Positions 18,797-27,678 of a DNA stretch of 64,000 nt are shown one piece after another. The position numbers were made by a program, and so were the translations under genes. Position 1 is the first letter of the stretch. Every line of letters starts with the position of its first letter. Source of the stretch: an uncultured delta proteobacterium (GTDB taxonomy: Bacteria > Desulfobacterota > Desulfobacteria > Desulfobacterales > CAVQMW01); the NCBI GenBank assembly GCA_963713755.1, contig CAVQMW010000007.1, forward strand, positions 220,465 through 284,464, read 5' to 3'. The notes beneath the pieces are model-generated. The model saw only the letters and a program-made list of their open reading frames with translations. It had not been told where the DNA came from and did no database searches.

Positions 18797-19282
18797 ATGC
18801 CGGCCATTGAAATCGTCACCGCCGACCTGACCTGCCCGGACCATCAGGCAGCGGTCCTGACACTCATCGACGCCTATGCTCGGGACCCCCTGGGCAACGG
18901 CCAGCCCTTGAGCGCCGAAGTCCGGAAGAACCTGATTCCCGGACTGCGGCGCCACCCCACGACCCTGATCTTCCTGGCCTGGCAGGGGGAACAGCCCGTG
19001 GGCATTGCGGTCTGCTTTTACGGCTTTTCGACCTTCGCCGCCCGGCCCTTGATCAACATCCACGACTTTGCGGTTCTGCCCGAATGCCGAGGAAACGGCA
19101 TCGGCCGCAAACTGCTGGCCGCCGTTGAAGCCCAAGGGCGCCGGACGGCGTGTTGCAAAATCACCCTGGAAGTCCTGGAAAACAACCACCGCGCCCGGCG
19201 GATTTATGCGACCGCGGGCTTTGAACAGTTGACCTATGTGGAAGGGAGCGGAGGGGCGCTGTTTTTGGCCAAAGCGCTGTAG
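18797..19282 (+). CDS. GNAT-family N-acetyltransferase
   Basis: The acetyl-CoA motif is RGNGIGRKLL. I chose the internal ATG (MPAIEIV), which has an AGAGAGG RBS. Confidence 0.85.
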   Translation: MPAIEIVTADLTCPDHQAAVLTLIDAYARDPLGNGQPLSAEVRKNLIPGLRRHPTTLIFLAWQGEQPVGIAVCFYGFSTFAARPLINIHDFAVLPECRGNGIGRKLLAAVEAQGRRTACCKITLEVLENNHRARRIYATAGFEQLTYVEGSGGALFLAKAL

Positions 19283-19286
19283 GGTA

Positions 19287-20593
19287 TTAGTGCATGATCC
19301 CCGGCAAAAAGAGCGCAATCTGAGGAAAGGCGGTCACCAGGATCACCACGACGATCACCGCCAGCAGGAACGGCAGAGCCCCTTTGAAGACCGTTTCCAT
19401 GGGCACATCCGCAACACCGGCAATCACGAAGATATTGAGCCCCAGGGGCGGAGTGATCAGCCCGGCTTCCATCATCAGCACCGAGATGACCCCAAACCAG
19501 ATGGGATTAAAACCCAACTCTAAAATTGTGGGAAAGATCACGGGTAGGGTCAGCACCATCATGGAGGTGGCATCCAGAAAACAGCCCAGGACCAGGTAGG
19601 CCACCAGCATGATGGATAAAATCAGGTAGGAGGAGAGATCCAAACCGCTCAGCCAGGCCGCCAGGCTCATGGGCAGCTGGGTCAGGGCCATGAAGTAGGT
19701 GAAGACATAGGCCCCGGATAGAATGACAAAGATCATCACCGAGACCCGGGTGGTGGCCATGAGGGCCTCCACCAGCGCCGGCCAGGTCAGTTTCCGTTTC
19801 CAAAGGGTCACCACGAAGAGGAAAAATGCGCCCAGGGCCCCGGCCTCGGTGGGCGTAAAAAACCCCAGATAGATCCCCCCCATCACCAACAGGAAGACGG
19901 CAATCAATTCCCAGGTATGAACCAGGGCCAGCAACTTTCGGCGAAATGTCACCCGCCGGGGAACCGACGGCGCTAGGGCGGGATTAAGCATCACCCACCC
20001 GATGATGATCAGCACATAACTACCCGCCAGCAGAAATCCGGGTAGAAAACCGGAGATCAGCAATTTGCCGATGGATTGCTCGGTCAGAATTCCGTACACC
20101 ACGAAGCCGATGCTCGGTGGAATCAAAAATCCCAGGGTGCCGCCGGCGGCCACACTGCCGGTGGCCAACTTTTCATCGTAGCCGTAGCGCGCCATTTCCG
20201 GCAGGGCCACCCGTCCCAAAGTGGCGGCGGTGGCCACGGATGAGCCGCAAATGGCGGCAAACCCGGAACAGGCGCCGATGGTGGCCACCCCTAGCCCCCC
20301 GGCAGCCGCCGCAGCCATTTGTCGGCCACATCGTAGATGCTCTGGCTCAACCCGGAAGCAGAGGCCAACTCCCCCATGAGCACGAACAAGGGGATGACGG
20401 TAAAGGAGTAAGTGGTAAAGGTGCCGAAAAAAGATCGCACCAGGGTAGGCATGGCAACCGAGACATCGGTCATCAGGCTGACCCCGCCAAACCCCACCAG
20501 GGCCAGGGCAAACCCAATGGGCATGCCAATAAATAGAAGCACAAACAGTACAGCGATCCCGGCGAGCCCCAAAATTTGAGGGTCCAGCGGCAT
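19287..20593 (-). pseudogene. dctM: TRAP transporter large permease (DctM), reading frame broken in a homopolymer
   Basis: ORFs 20291-20593 and 19287-20318 together give ..DKWLRRLPGG|LGVATIGACSGFAAICGSS.., the canonical DctM motif. That requires one more G in the minus-strand G6 run (plus-strand C run at 20295-20300). Confidence 0.8.
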
Positions 20594-20615
20594 AGGTGGA
20601 TCTCCTAGCCCATCA

Positions 20616-21152
20616 TCAGTAGATTGAACGTGAATTTCCGGTCAGCACGAGCTTAAGCGCGGAAATCAGCATGAGCAGCATTTCGAGTCCAATGAAGATA
20701 CTAGCCAAAGCGAGAAGAAAATAAATGGGGAACAGCGGCACTTTCAGCAGATCGGTGGTGGTGCCCGAAGCCATCTCCTCCAAGCCCATGGCCCAGCCTT
20801 GAGTTGCAAGCAGCGCAATGACCCCAATGCAGAGGCAATGGGTCACCACATCCAGCCCGGCGGCAAAACGTTTCGGCAAGGCGTTGACCAGCATGGTCAC
20901 CCGAATATTCGAACCGCTTTGGTGGGTATAAGCAAGTCCCAGAAGACCGAACACCGCCAGCATGATCTCCGTCAGCTCAATTCCGCCGGGAAGCGGTTTG
21001 GAGAAAAAAATGCGCCCGGCCACATCCAACGTGGTCAGCCCCATCATCACCATCACCCACCCCATGCCGATATAGAGGCTGCAGCGGGTGAGGAGGTGAA
21101 TCATCCGCTGAAATATATTTAGCTGATCCTTTGCCGAATCCACCATCTCCAC
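20616..21152 (-). CDS. dctQ: TRAP transporter small permease (DctQ)
   Basis: 178 aa, 4 TM helices, positioned between dctP and dctM. Confidence 0.8.
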   Translation of the reverse strand: MEMVDSAKDQLNIFQRMIHLLTRCSLYIGMGWVMVMMGLTTLDVAGRIFFSKPLPGGIELTEIMLAVFGLLGLAYTHQSGSNIRVTMLVNALPKRFAAGLDVVTHCLCIGVIALLATQGWAMGLEEMASGTTTDLLKVPLFPIYFLLALASIFIGLEMLLMLISALKLVLTGNSRSIY

Positions 21153-21283
21153 TCCCTAAAGCCGACTACAATCGCACGCCTGAAAAGGCTGTAGATCAGC
21201 GGCCGTTGGCGCCCAGCAGCGCACCCGCTGGATCGGAAACCGAAACATGGGCTTGCGACTTATCGCCGGCAGTAAAAAAGCCT

Positions 21284-21607
21284 AAAATCCCCCCCAACCC
21301 CCCTTTTTCAAAGGGGGGAGCAGGAACGATACTCCCCGACCCCGGTTTTCCAAATGGGAAGACCCATTCCCCCGGCTCCGGGTGCCAAAGGCAAAGCGCC
21401 CATCTTTCCGGAGGCAATCCCCCTAAGTTATGTCTGAACAAAAACCCTGTTCTCCCTCCCCCTGGATGGGGGAGGGCCGGGGTGGGGGTGAATGATATCA
21501 AGCTGTTCTATCCCCTCCGCGTACAAGCCGCCAGGGGAAGGGCGTTTTCGGTCGAGCATATAGTAGGGGCGGAAAGTTTTTCGCCCCTACCTGAGTCCAC
21601 TGCCGGT
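21284..21607. repeat. Composite intergenic repeat (family A copy 2, with a family C element nested at about 21450-21558)
   Basis: Collinear with 6189-6410 (AAAATCCCCCCCAACCCCCCTTTTTCAAAGGGGGG ... GGCAATCCCC ... GTAGGGGCGGAAAGTTTTTCGCCCCTAC). The insert TCTCCCTCCCCCTGGATGGGGGAGGGCCGGGGTGGGGGTGAATGATATCA matches 34541-34653. Confidence 0.85.
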
Positions 21608-21815
21608 TCCCCCTTTGCCGAAGGGAGTTAAGGGGATTTCTCCTTCACCTCCCCCTTTACCAAAGGGGGCTAGGGGGATTTCACCTTCCATTCCCCCTTT
21701 GTCAAAGGGGGCTTGGGGGATTTCACCTTCGACTCCCCCTTTTTCAAAGGGGGTTGGGGGGATTTCACCTTCGACTCCCCCTTTTTCAAAGGGGGTTGGG
21801 GGGATTTATTCTTTA
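21608..21815. repeat. Tandem array of five 42-bp hairpin units
   Basis: The unit is TCCCCCTTTnnCAAAGGGGGnTnGGGGGATTTCACCTTCnnc. Copies start at 21608, 21650, 21692, 21734 and 21776. Copies 3, 4 and 5 are nearly identical. Confidence 0.9.
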
Positions 21816-21867
21816 CCGCGACAGGTAATGAAAATGATCGCCCCGGGGTGCGGCATCCCCACCCGTA

Positions 21868-21890
21868 GGGATGGGTTTCCAACCCGCCCC
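21868..21890. repeat. GC hairpin repeat (family D, degenerate)
   Basis: GGGATGGGTTTCCAACCCGCCCC. Confidence 0.6.
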
Positions 21891-21928
21891 TCCCGAGAGA
21901 CAAAATGCCCTGAGTTCACCAAGGATGG

Positions 21929-22984
21929 TTAATAGGGGCAGGCCTCGAAGCTTACATCCAGCTTCTCCAATTCTTCCTTAAATGCCACCAGCGCCTCTTT
22001 GGCCGGCAATCCTTTTGCTTCCAGCTCTTCCGCCCAGGCGGCTACCATTTCTTTGAACTTCTCGTTCCAGCGCGCCTTTTCATCCGCGGGAAGCTCATAG
22101 ATTTCCATGGACCCCTTGAACTCCTCCATGATCTCCGCGTACCACTGCTCATGAAATATTCCGGCAATCTTGTAGGCATCGCGTCCCACCTCGGTTATGA
22201 TGGGCTTGAGATCCCCGGGAACCCGATCCCAAAACTTCTTGTTCACAAAGAGACCTTCGGCGACGCAGCCAAAAGAGATGGGCACCCCGTGCTTGGCGAC
22301 TTCATAGAGCTTGAAGGCCTTGATCAAAGCCGGGCAGGTCACCACCCCATCGATCACGCCGGTTTCCATGGAGAGATAAACTTCGCCTAAGGGCATAAAA
22401 ATGGGCGTCGCACCCAGTGCCTCAATGGCTTTGGTTTGCAGGCCTCCGGGACTGCGGATCTTCAACCCCTTTAAATCCTCCAGAGTCTTCACCGGTTTGG
22501 TGGTCCAGATGTGAGCCATGACACAATTGTTGATGTGCAGCACCTTCACATCTTCAAACTCCTGGTGCAGTACCCGGTCATACATGGCCATGCCCGCCTC
22601 GGCCCCTTTCCATTTCGCCGGACAGACAATGGGCACCGAAAGCACATCGCTCAGGGGAAAGCGACCCGGTGTCCAAGTCAGGGTCGCATAGCCCATATCG
22701 GACAGCCCTGTCTTGACAATATCGAAATGCTCCGGACCTTTTCCCAGGGCCCCCCCTGCAAACATGCTGTAGGTAATGCGCCCATTGCTGCGCGTTTTCA
22801 TCTCCTCCAGCATGGGAATCCAGAGGTTCTTCACATCCGCGCCGGCCGGCACGTGCCAGGTACTGAAGCGGATATTGACGGTATCATCGGCGGCCGCTAC
22901 CGGAGCCATGAAACCCATTGCAAATACCATGACGGCTATCGCCACTACCGCCAAGCCGATTCCCACCTGCGTTGCAGCTTTCAT
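21929..22984 (-). CDS. dctP: TRAP transporter substrate-binding protein (DctP family)
   Basis: Signal peptide followed by a DctP-like fold. I chose the start at MKAATQ, which has the RBS GAGGAGGG. Confidence 0.88.
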   Translation of the reverse strand: MKAATQVGIGLAVVAIAVMVFAMGFMAPVAAADDTVNIRFSTWHVPAGADVKNLWIPMLEEMKTRSNGRITYSMFAGGALGKGPEHFDIVKTGLSDMGYATLTWTPGRFPLSDVLSVPIVCPAKWKGAEAGMAMYDRVLHQEFEDVKVLHINNCVMAHIWTTKPVKTLEDLKGLKIRSPGGLQTKAIEALGATPIFMPLGEVYLSMETGVIDGVVTCPALIKAFKLYEVAKHGVPISFGCVAEGLFVNKKFWDRVPGDLKPIITEVGRDAYKIAGIFHEQWYAEIMEEFKGSMEIYELPADEKARWNEKFKEMVAAWAEELEAKGLPAKEALVAFKEELEKLDVSFEACPY

Positions 22985-23067
22985 AACACCCTCCTCGATT
23001 TTGAGTAATGATCCGTCCCCGTGGTGATTTTTCACGGGAAAACACAAGTATCATCCATAGCCTGATC

Positions 23068-23946
23068 TCAGTCAGGCCTCATCTCATGGACCGCCAGCAT
23101 GTCTTCCAGCCCTTCGGTGATGGTGACCAGACCGCCGGCGGCAACCAGCGACCCAAGCACCACGCCGCAGTGAGTCAGGGCATCGCTTTTATCCACGGCC
23201 CGGGCTACGGCCCGGGCAAACGCCCCAGGGGATAGGGCACCCACTCCCACCGTAACCGGCAATTGAGGGATGTCGCTATCCGGGTCCAGCAGATGGGCCG
23301 GAACTTGTCGGATGGCGGGATCAGGCACCCAACAGGCATTGGCAATGGCCGTTGCAGCCGCATCGGCATAGTTGGCGCGATGCGCCACGGCGGTTACCGC
23401 CGAAGCGATCCCGCGGGTAAAACTTCGCCCCCCAAGCCCGCTGGTGGTCACCCCCCAGCTCGAACTCCGGTCATCGAGCTCAAGGATATGGGTAACCTCC
23501 GGCCGGCGGATATTAGTTCGCACGCCGACACTTACGGTTTCCCCGGGAGCCAGGCGTATCGCCAGATCTCCTCCATTGTCCACAATCACCCGGGTCATGC
23601 CTCGCTCGACCAACCAATCAGCCACCCCATCGGCCAATGTTCCAGCCACGGCGGCCATAGGGGTAAGATCCGCATCGCCCATCGCCTGAGCAGCGGCAAT
23701 CATGGCCTGGGCGAGATCATCCGTGCCGCTCCATTCAATTTTCAATACCGGCCGGCACAAATCAGTCCGCAGGCGGGCAATCCGCTCCAGATAGTCGACT
23801 CCCCGCAAGGCCGCTCGCCGGGCAACATCGGTGCGCGGACCCTTTTGGTCAAACGCTTTGATGGAAAGCCCCATGGGACCGCATACCACGCGCACTGTCT
23901 CGCGGTCAGGCAGAATAGTAATCGGCTGTTGCCAAGAGATAGACAA
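23068..23946 (-). CDS. UPF0280 / ApbE-like superfamily protein
   Basis: 292 aa. MAAVAGTLADGVADWL and VIVDNGGDLAI resemble the ApbE-fold core. Assigned from memory of the UPF0280 family. Confidence 0.6.
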   Translation of the reverse strand: MSISWQQPITILPDRETVRVVCGPMGLSIKAFDQKGPRTDVARRAALRGVDYLERIARLRTDLCRPVLKIEWSGTDDLAQAMIAAAQAMGDADLTPMAAVAGTLADGVADWLVERGMTRVIVDNGGDLAIRLAPGETVSVGVRTNIRRPEVTHILELDDRSSSWGVTTSGLGGRSFTRGIASAVTAVAHRANYADAAATAIANACWVPDPAIRQVPAHLLDPDSDIPQLPVTVGVGALSPGAFARAVARAVDKSDALTHCGVVLGSLVAAGGLVTITEGLEDMLAVHEMRPD

Positions 23947-23966
23947 ATGGAACCACCCGGTAGCAG

Positions 23967-24668
23967 TTAATCCAATTGCGCCACTACAGCGATGCCCTTG
24001 GACTTCATCTCTTCGAGGGCTTTCAGCGTCGTGTCCGGGGCGACGCCTTTGCAGAGGGATTCCACCACGGTGACTTTATAGCCCGCGTTCAGGGCATCGA
24101 TAGCGGTTGCCTTGACGCAGTAGTCCGTAGCAATACCGTAGACGATCACCTCGCTGATCCCATTGCGCTTTAGCACTGTATCCATTTCAGTCTTGGCCCC
24201 ACCGTCATCCTGAAACCCGGAATAGCTGTCATACCGCTTGTCCTTGCCTTTTTTGACCACGGCCTGAAACAGATTGTTATCAACTAAAATCCGCGCATTG
24301 GTCGTGCCCTGAACGCAATGGGGCGGCCATAACACCTGGGTGCGGTCCTCGATCTGGATTGTCTCAAAAGGTTTCTTTTCGCTGTGGTTGGAGAAAAAGG
24401 AAACATGCTCGGCCGGATGCCAATCCTGGGTGGCAAAGATCAGATGCCCATTGGTGTGCAGGTTTTCGGTGACCTTTTGGACCTTTTCGACAAAGGCTTG
24501 ATCCGACTCGGGGACCGCCAAAGAACCATTCTTAAAAGTGGTGAAATCCCCCTGCATGTCCACCACGATCACCCCGACCTTGGATGTTTCTCCGCCAAAA
24601 CTGGCGGATAGCATCCCCCAAACAATGATCATCGCTACCGCTGAACTCATCACCCATAACGCTTTCAT
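23967..24668 (-). CDS. pncA: Nicotinamidase/pyrazinamidase (isochorismatase fold) with an N-terminal signal peptide
   Basis: VVDMQGDF (catalytic Asp), TQDWHPAEHVSF (metal His), KKG (Lys) and GIATDYCV (catalytic Cys). The leader is MKALWVMSSAVAMIIVWGMLSA. I chose the start with the GGAGAG RBS. Confidence 0.85.
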   Translation of the reverse strand: MKALWVMSSAVAMIIVWGMLSASFGGETSKVGVIVVDMQGDFTTFKNGSLAVPESDQAFVEKVQKVTENLHTNGHLIFATQDWHPAEHVSFFSNHSEKKPFETIQIEDRTQVLWPPHCVQGTTNARILVDNNLFQAVVKKGKDKRYDSYSGFQDDGGAKTEMDTVLKRNGISEVIVYGIATDYCVKATAIDALNAGYKVTVVESLCKGVAPDTTLKALEEMKSKGIAVVAQLD

Positions 24669-24713
24669 GACCATCTCTCCTTTCACTCAATTAAGGGTTG
24701 TAGGAAATTCAAT

Positions 24714-26021
24714 TTAATTTCCGGAAAGCAACTTTGGCAGCCATGTCGCCAACTGAGGAAAGAGTATCAGCAGAATGATATTGATATAAATGGCCACCAG
24801 ATAGGGCAGTGCTCCCTTGACAATGGTTCCGATGGGATAATCGGGCACCACGCTGCGCAAAACAAACAGGCTGAGGCCGAAGGGCGGCGTAATCGTGCTT
24901 TGTTCAGCGGCCATCACATACACGACACCCCACCAGATGGGATCGAACCCCAGACCGCCAACAATGGGCATCACAAACGGAAAGGTGAGAAAGAGCATGG
25001 ACCAGGAGTCGAAAAACATCCCCATGAAGAAGTACATCACAAAGAATCCCAGGAGGATCCCGTATTTTCCGATAGTCAGACCGAGCACCTGCTCCTTGAT
25101 TAAGGGGATCATGCCCGCCGAGTTGAATACATGGGAAATCAGAGTGCTCATGGCCATGATGAAGAGGGAAAACGAGGTGATTTTCACCGTGTCCAAAAGG
25201 CTGTCGGAGAATAATTTATAGGTCAGTTTACGGTATCCAAGGGTCAGCACAATACTCAAAAAAGCCCCCAGCCCGCCGGCCTCCGTGGGGGTCATCAAGC
25301 CGCCAAAAATGGCGCCCAACACGCCGATAATCATCAAGGCGAAAGGCAAAGCTTCCCACAAGGCCCGTCGCCGGTCGGCCCAGCTGTACTTGACAGGCGG
25401 CGGGGCCAGAGCCGGGTTGAGCTTGACCATCACCGTAATCGTCACCAGAAAGAGTGCCGTAAGGGTCAGGCCCGGGATCAGGCCCGCGGCGAGCAGATCT
25501 ACGATGGAGACCCCCTGCCAGGCGCCGTAAAGAATGAGTAGAATACTTGGTGGTATCAGGGGCGCCAAAACCGTTCCGGAAGCAATGGAGCCCAACGAAA
25601 AACTGGGGTTGTATTTGCGTTGCTCCATAACTGGAAATGCGATCTTACCGAAAGTGGCCGTCGCAGCTATGGTGGATCCGGACATGGCTCCAAAAACCGC
25701 ATTCCCGCATATGACTGAAACCCCCAAACCGCCGGGCAGGTGCCCCACCCACTTGTCGATGGCATTGAAGAGTCGCTCGTTGACGCCGGTGTTCCCCAGA
25801 ATGGAACCCATCAAGATAAAGAGCGGCATGGCTGTCAAGGTAAAGGAGTTCAATGAACCCCAAAGGGTGTAAGCGATCTGGTTGATGGGTTGATCCACGT
25901 ACCAGATCAAACCCACCACCGCTACAACACCTACCGACCAGGCAATTTCCAGCCCCAGCAACAGGAGCACCAGGAGGCCTGCGATCAGAGCCACGGCAAA
26001 AAGAGCATCGGCGCCCATCAA
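24714..26021 (-). CDS. dctM: TRAP transporter large permease (DctM)
   Basis: 435 aa, polytopic, with WVGHLPGGLGVSVICGNAVFGAMSGS. It overlaps the dctQ stop by 4 nt. Confidence 0.92.
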   Translation of the reverse strand: MMGADALFAVALIAGLLVLLLLGLEIAWSVGVVAVVGLIWYVDQPINQIAYTLWGSLNSFTLTAMPLFILMGSILGNTGVNERLFNAIDKWVGHLPGGLGVSVICGNAVFGAMSGSTIAATATFGKIAFPVMEQRKYNPSFSLGSIASGTVLAPLIPPSILLILYGAWQGVSIVDLLAAGLIPGLTLTALFLVTITVMVKLNPALAPPPVKYSWADRRRALWEALPFALMIIGVLGAIFGGLMTPTEAGGLGAFLSIVLTLGYRKLTYKLFSDSLLDTVKITSFSLFIMAMSTLISHVFNSAGMIPLIKEQVLGLTIGKYGILLGFFVMYFFMGMFFDSWSMLFLTFPFVMPIVGGLGFDPIWWGVVYVMAAEQSTITPPFGLSLFVLRSVVPDYPIGTIVKGALPYLVAIYINIILLILFPQLATWLPKLLSGN

Positions 26022-26533
26022 CCCGCCTCCTCGTCGTTGCCCGCGGCTTTACCCAAGGCTTTGATCAGCTCGATGAAAAGCTGAAAAACAAGCAGTATCG
26101 CGCCGATAATGATGACCATCTGAGGATAGGCAATGGGGGTGCGCAGCCAGCTTCCGCTACGGGTGCCAAACATCAGCGAAAAGGCAACAAGTTGATAACC
26201 AGCGATCACCGTAAACACGGCCAGAGCCAAGGCCAGTGACAAGGTAAAAACCCGCAGCCAGCCCCGCATCGAAGGCGATAGCTTATTGATCAAGAACTCC
26301 ACCCGCACATGGCTGCGTTCCTGCCAGGCGAAGGCCAGACCCATGATGGTTACGGTTACTAGTAAATACCCACCGAACTCCTCGGCAATGGAAAGCGGGT
26401 TGCGCAGAACGTAACGGGAGGTTACATCCACCAAAACCAATACCATCATGGCAAAGATCAGCCAGCCCTGAAGGTGACCGCTGAAGAATGTGATCAACTT
26501 TTCGATAAAGCGAAGTATCCGACCCATGGGCAA
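26018..26533 (-). CDS. dctQ: TRAP transporter small permease (DctQ)
   Basis: 171 aa, 4 TM helices. Confidence 0.85.
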   Translation of the reverse strand: MPMGRILRFIEKLITFFSGHLQGWLIFAMMVLVLVDVTSRYVLRNPLSIAEEFGGYLLVTVTIMGLAFAWQERSHVRVEFLINKLSPSMRGWLRVFTLSLALALAVFTVIAGYQLVAFSLMFGTRSGSWLRTPIAYPQMVIIIGAILLVFQLFIELIKALGKAAGNDEEAG

Positions 26534-26560
26534 TCACCCCAATGTCACACCAATTTTTTA

Positions 26561-27625
26561 TCACTGGCAGCTAAATCCACGATATTGTTCTACAGAGGCC
26601 TTGATGGCATCAAGAAGCTCCTTGCCGTCGTCGCCGGTCTTCTTCAGCCACTCCGCTTCTACGACTTTGCAATTTTCCAGCGCCTTGGCCTGATCGGGAT
26701 CCGGCAGGTTCACCCGCTTGACACCGGAAAGATCCACGGTATCGACACTCATCACGTACTCGGCGGTGGTGGAGTAATTTACCATGCGCTGAAGATCCCG
26801 GCCCACATCCATAACCACCTGCTGAAGATCCTCGGGAAGTTCATCAAAAGATTTCAGATTGAGCAGAGTCACCGCCGTCCAGGTGGGAGAAAGGGGGGTT
26901 AATACAAAATATTCGGAGACTTTGGCCAAACCGATGGAGTAGCCATAACCCAGGCTGGTCAGCACACCGTCAATGGTGCCTGCCATCATGGCCGGCGCCA
27001 GTTCGGAACCGGCAATGGTTACTGGGCTGGCCCCTAAGGCCTTGATTCCCAGGGTAGGAAGATAACCGCCCACGCGGATCTTCATCCCCTGCAGATCATC
27101 CAAGGATTTGATCTCTTTTTTGCTCCATACACCGTTGGCCGGGTCCCACTGGGTAATGAACCAGAACTTGAGATTGAGCTTCTTTAGCGTGCGGTCGTAG
27201 ATCTCCATCACTTTTGGATCTTCGTAGATGGCCAACTCTTCGGCTAACCCCTGAACCGGGTCTTCATCCACAATCCCCGGAATTTCGCCCCAGTTCCATA
27301 GGGGATAGGTTCCCGACTCCCAGGGCATGGCCACATCCGCGCTGTCGGCCTTGCCGGTAGCCACGGCCTGCAGTAACTGATCCGTAGGAAACATGCGGGG
27401 AATGATTTTCAGCTTGATGCGTCCCCCCGACCGCTCGTCCAGCATGCGCTGCATTTCGCCACAGGGGCGATAGACTTGAGCGGCTCGAAATTTAGGCCCC
27501 CAGATGTCATTCCAGGCAAATTTCAATTCGTAGACTTTGTCCGCGGCGACGGTTTGCACAGGAACTGCCATCAGCACTAAAGCCGCGAGCACCGCCAACC
27601 CCAACCGATTGCGTTTTCTTGTCAT
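26561..27625 (-). CDS. dctP: TRAP transporter substrate-binding protein (DctP family)
   Basis: 354 aa with a signal peptide (LAVLAALVLMAVPVQTVAA). KIRVGG and GVLTSLGYG are DctP-like. Confidence 0.88.
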   Translation of the reverse strand: MTRKRNRLGLAVLAALVLMAVPVQTVAADKVYELKFAWNDIWGPKFRAAQVYRPCGEMQRMLDERSGGRIKLKIIPRMFPTDQLLQAVATGKADSADVAMPWESGTYPLWNWGEIPGIVDEDPVQGLAEELAIYEDPKVMEIYDRTLKKLNLKFWFITQWDPANGVWSKKEIKSLDDLQGMKIRVGGYLPTLGIKALGASPVTIAGSELAPAMMAGTIDGVLTSLGYGYSIGLAKVSEYFVLTPLSPTWTAVTLLNLKSFDELPEDLQQVVMDVGRDLQRMVNYSTTAEYVMSVDTVDLSGVKRVNLPDPDQAKALENCKVVEAEWLKKTGDDGKELLDAIKASVEQYRGFSCQ

Positions 27626-27678
27626 TGTTTTCTCCTTTAAATCTTAGAAACTGTATTTACGAACGTCTGAACTTAGCC

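Noticed and set aside
21608-21815. Regularly spaced 42-bp repeats considered as a CRISPR array.
   Set aside because: The units are directly adjacent with no unique spacers. The period is too short. The unit belongs to a dispersed intergenic repeat family also seen at 6370-6410. No cas genes are present.
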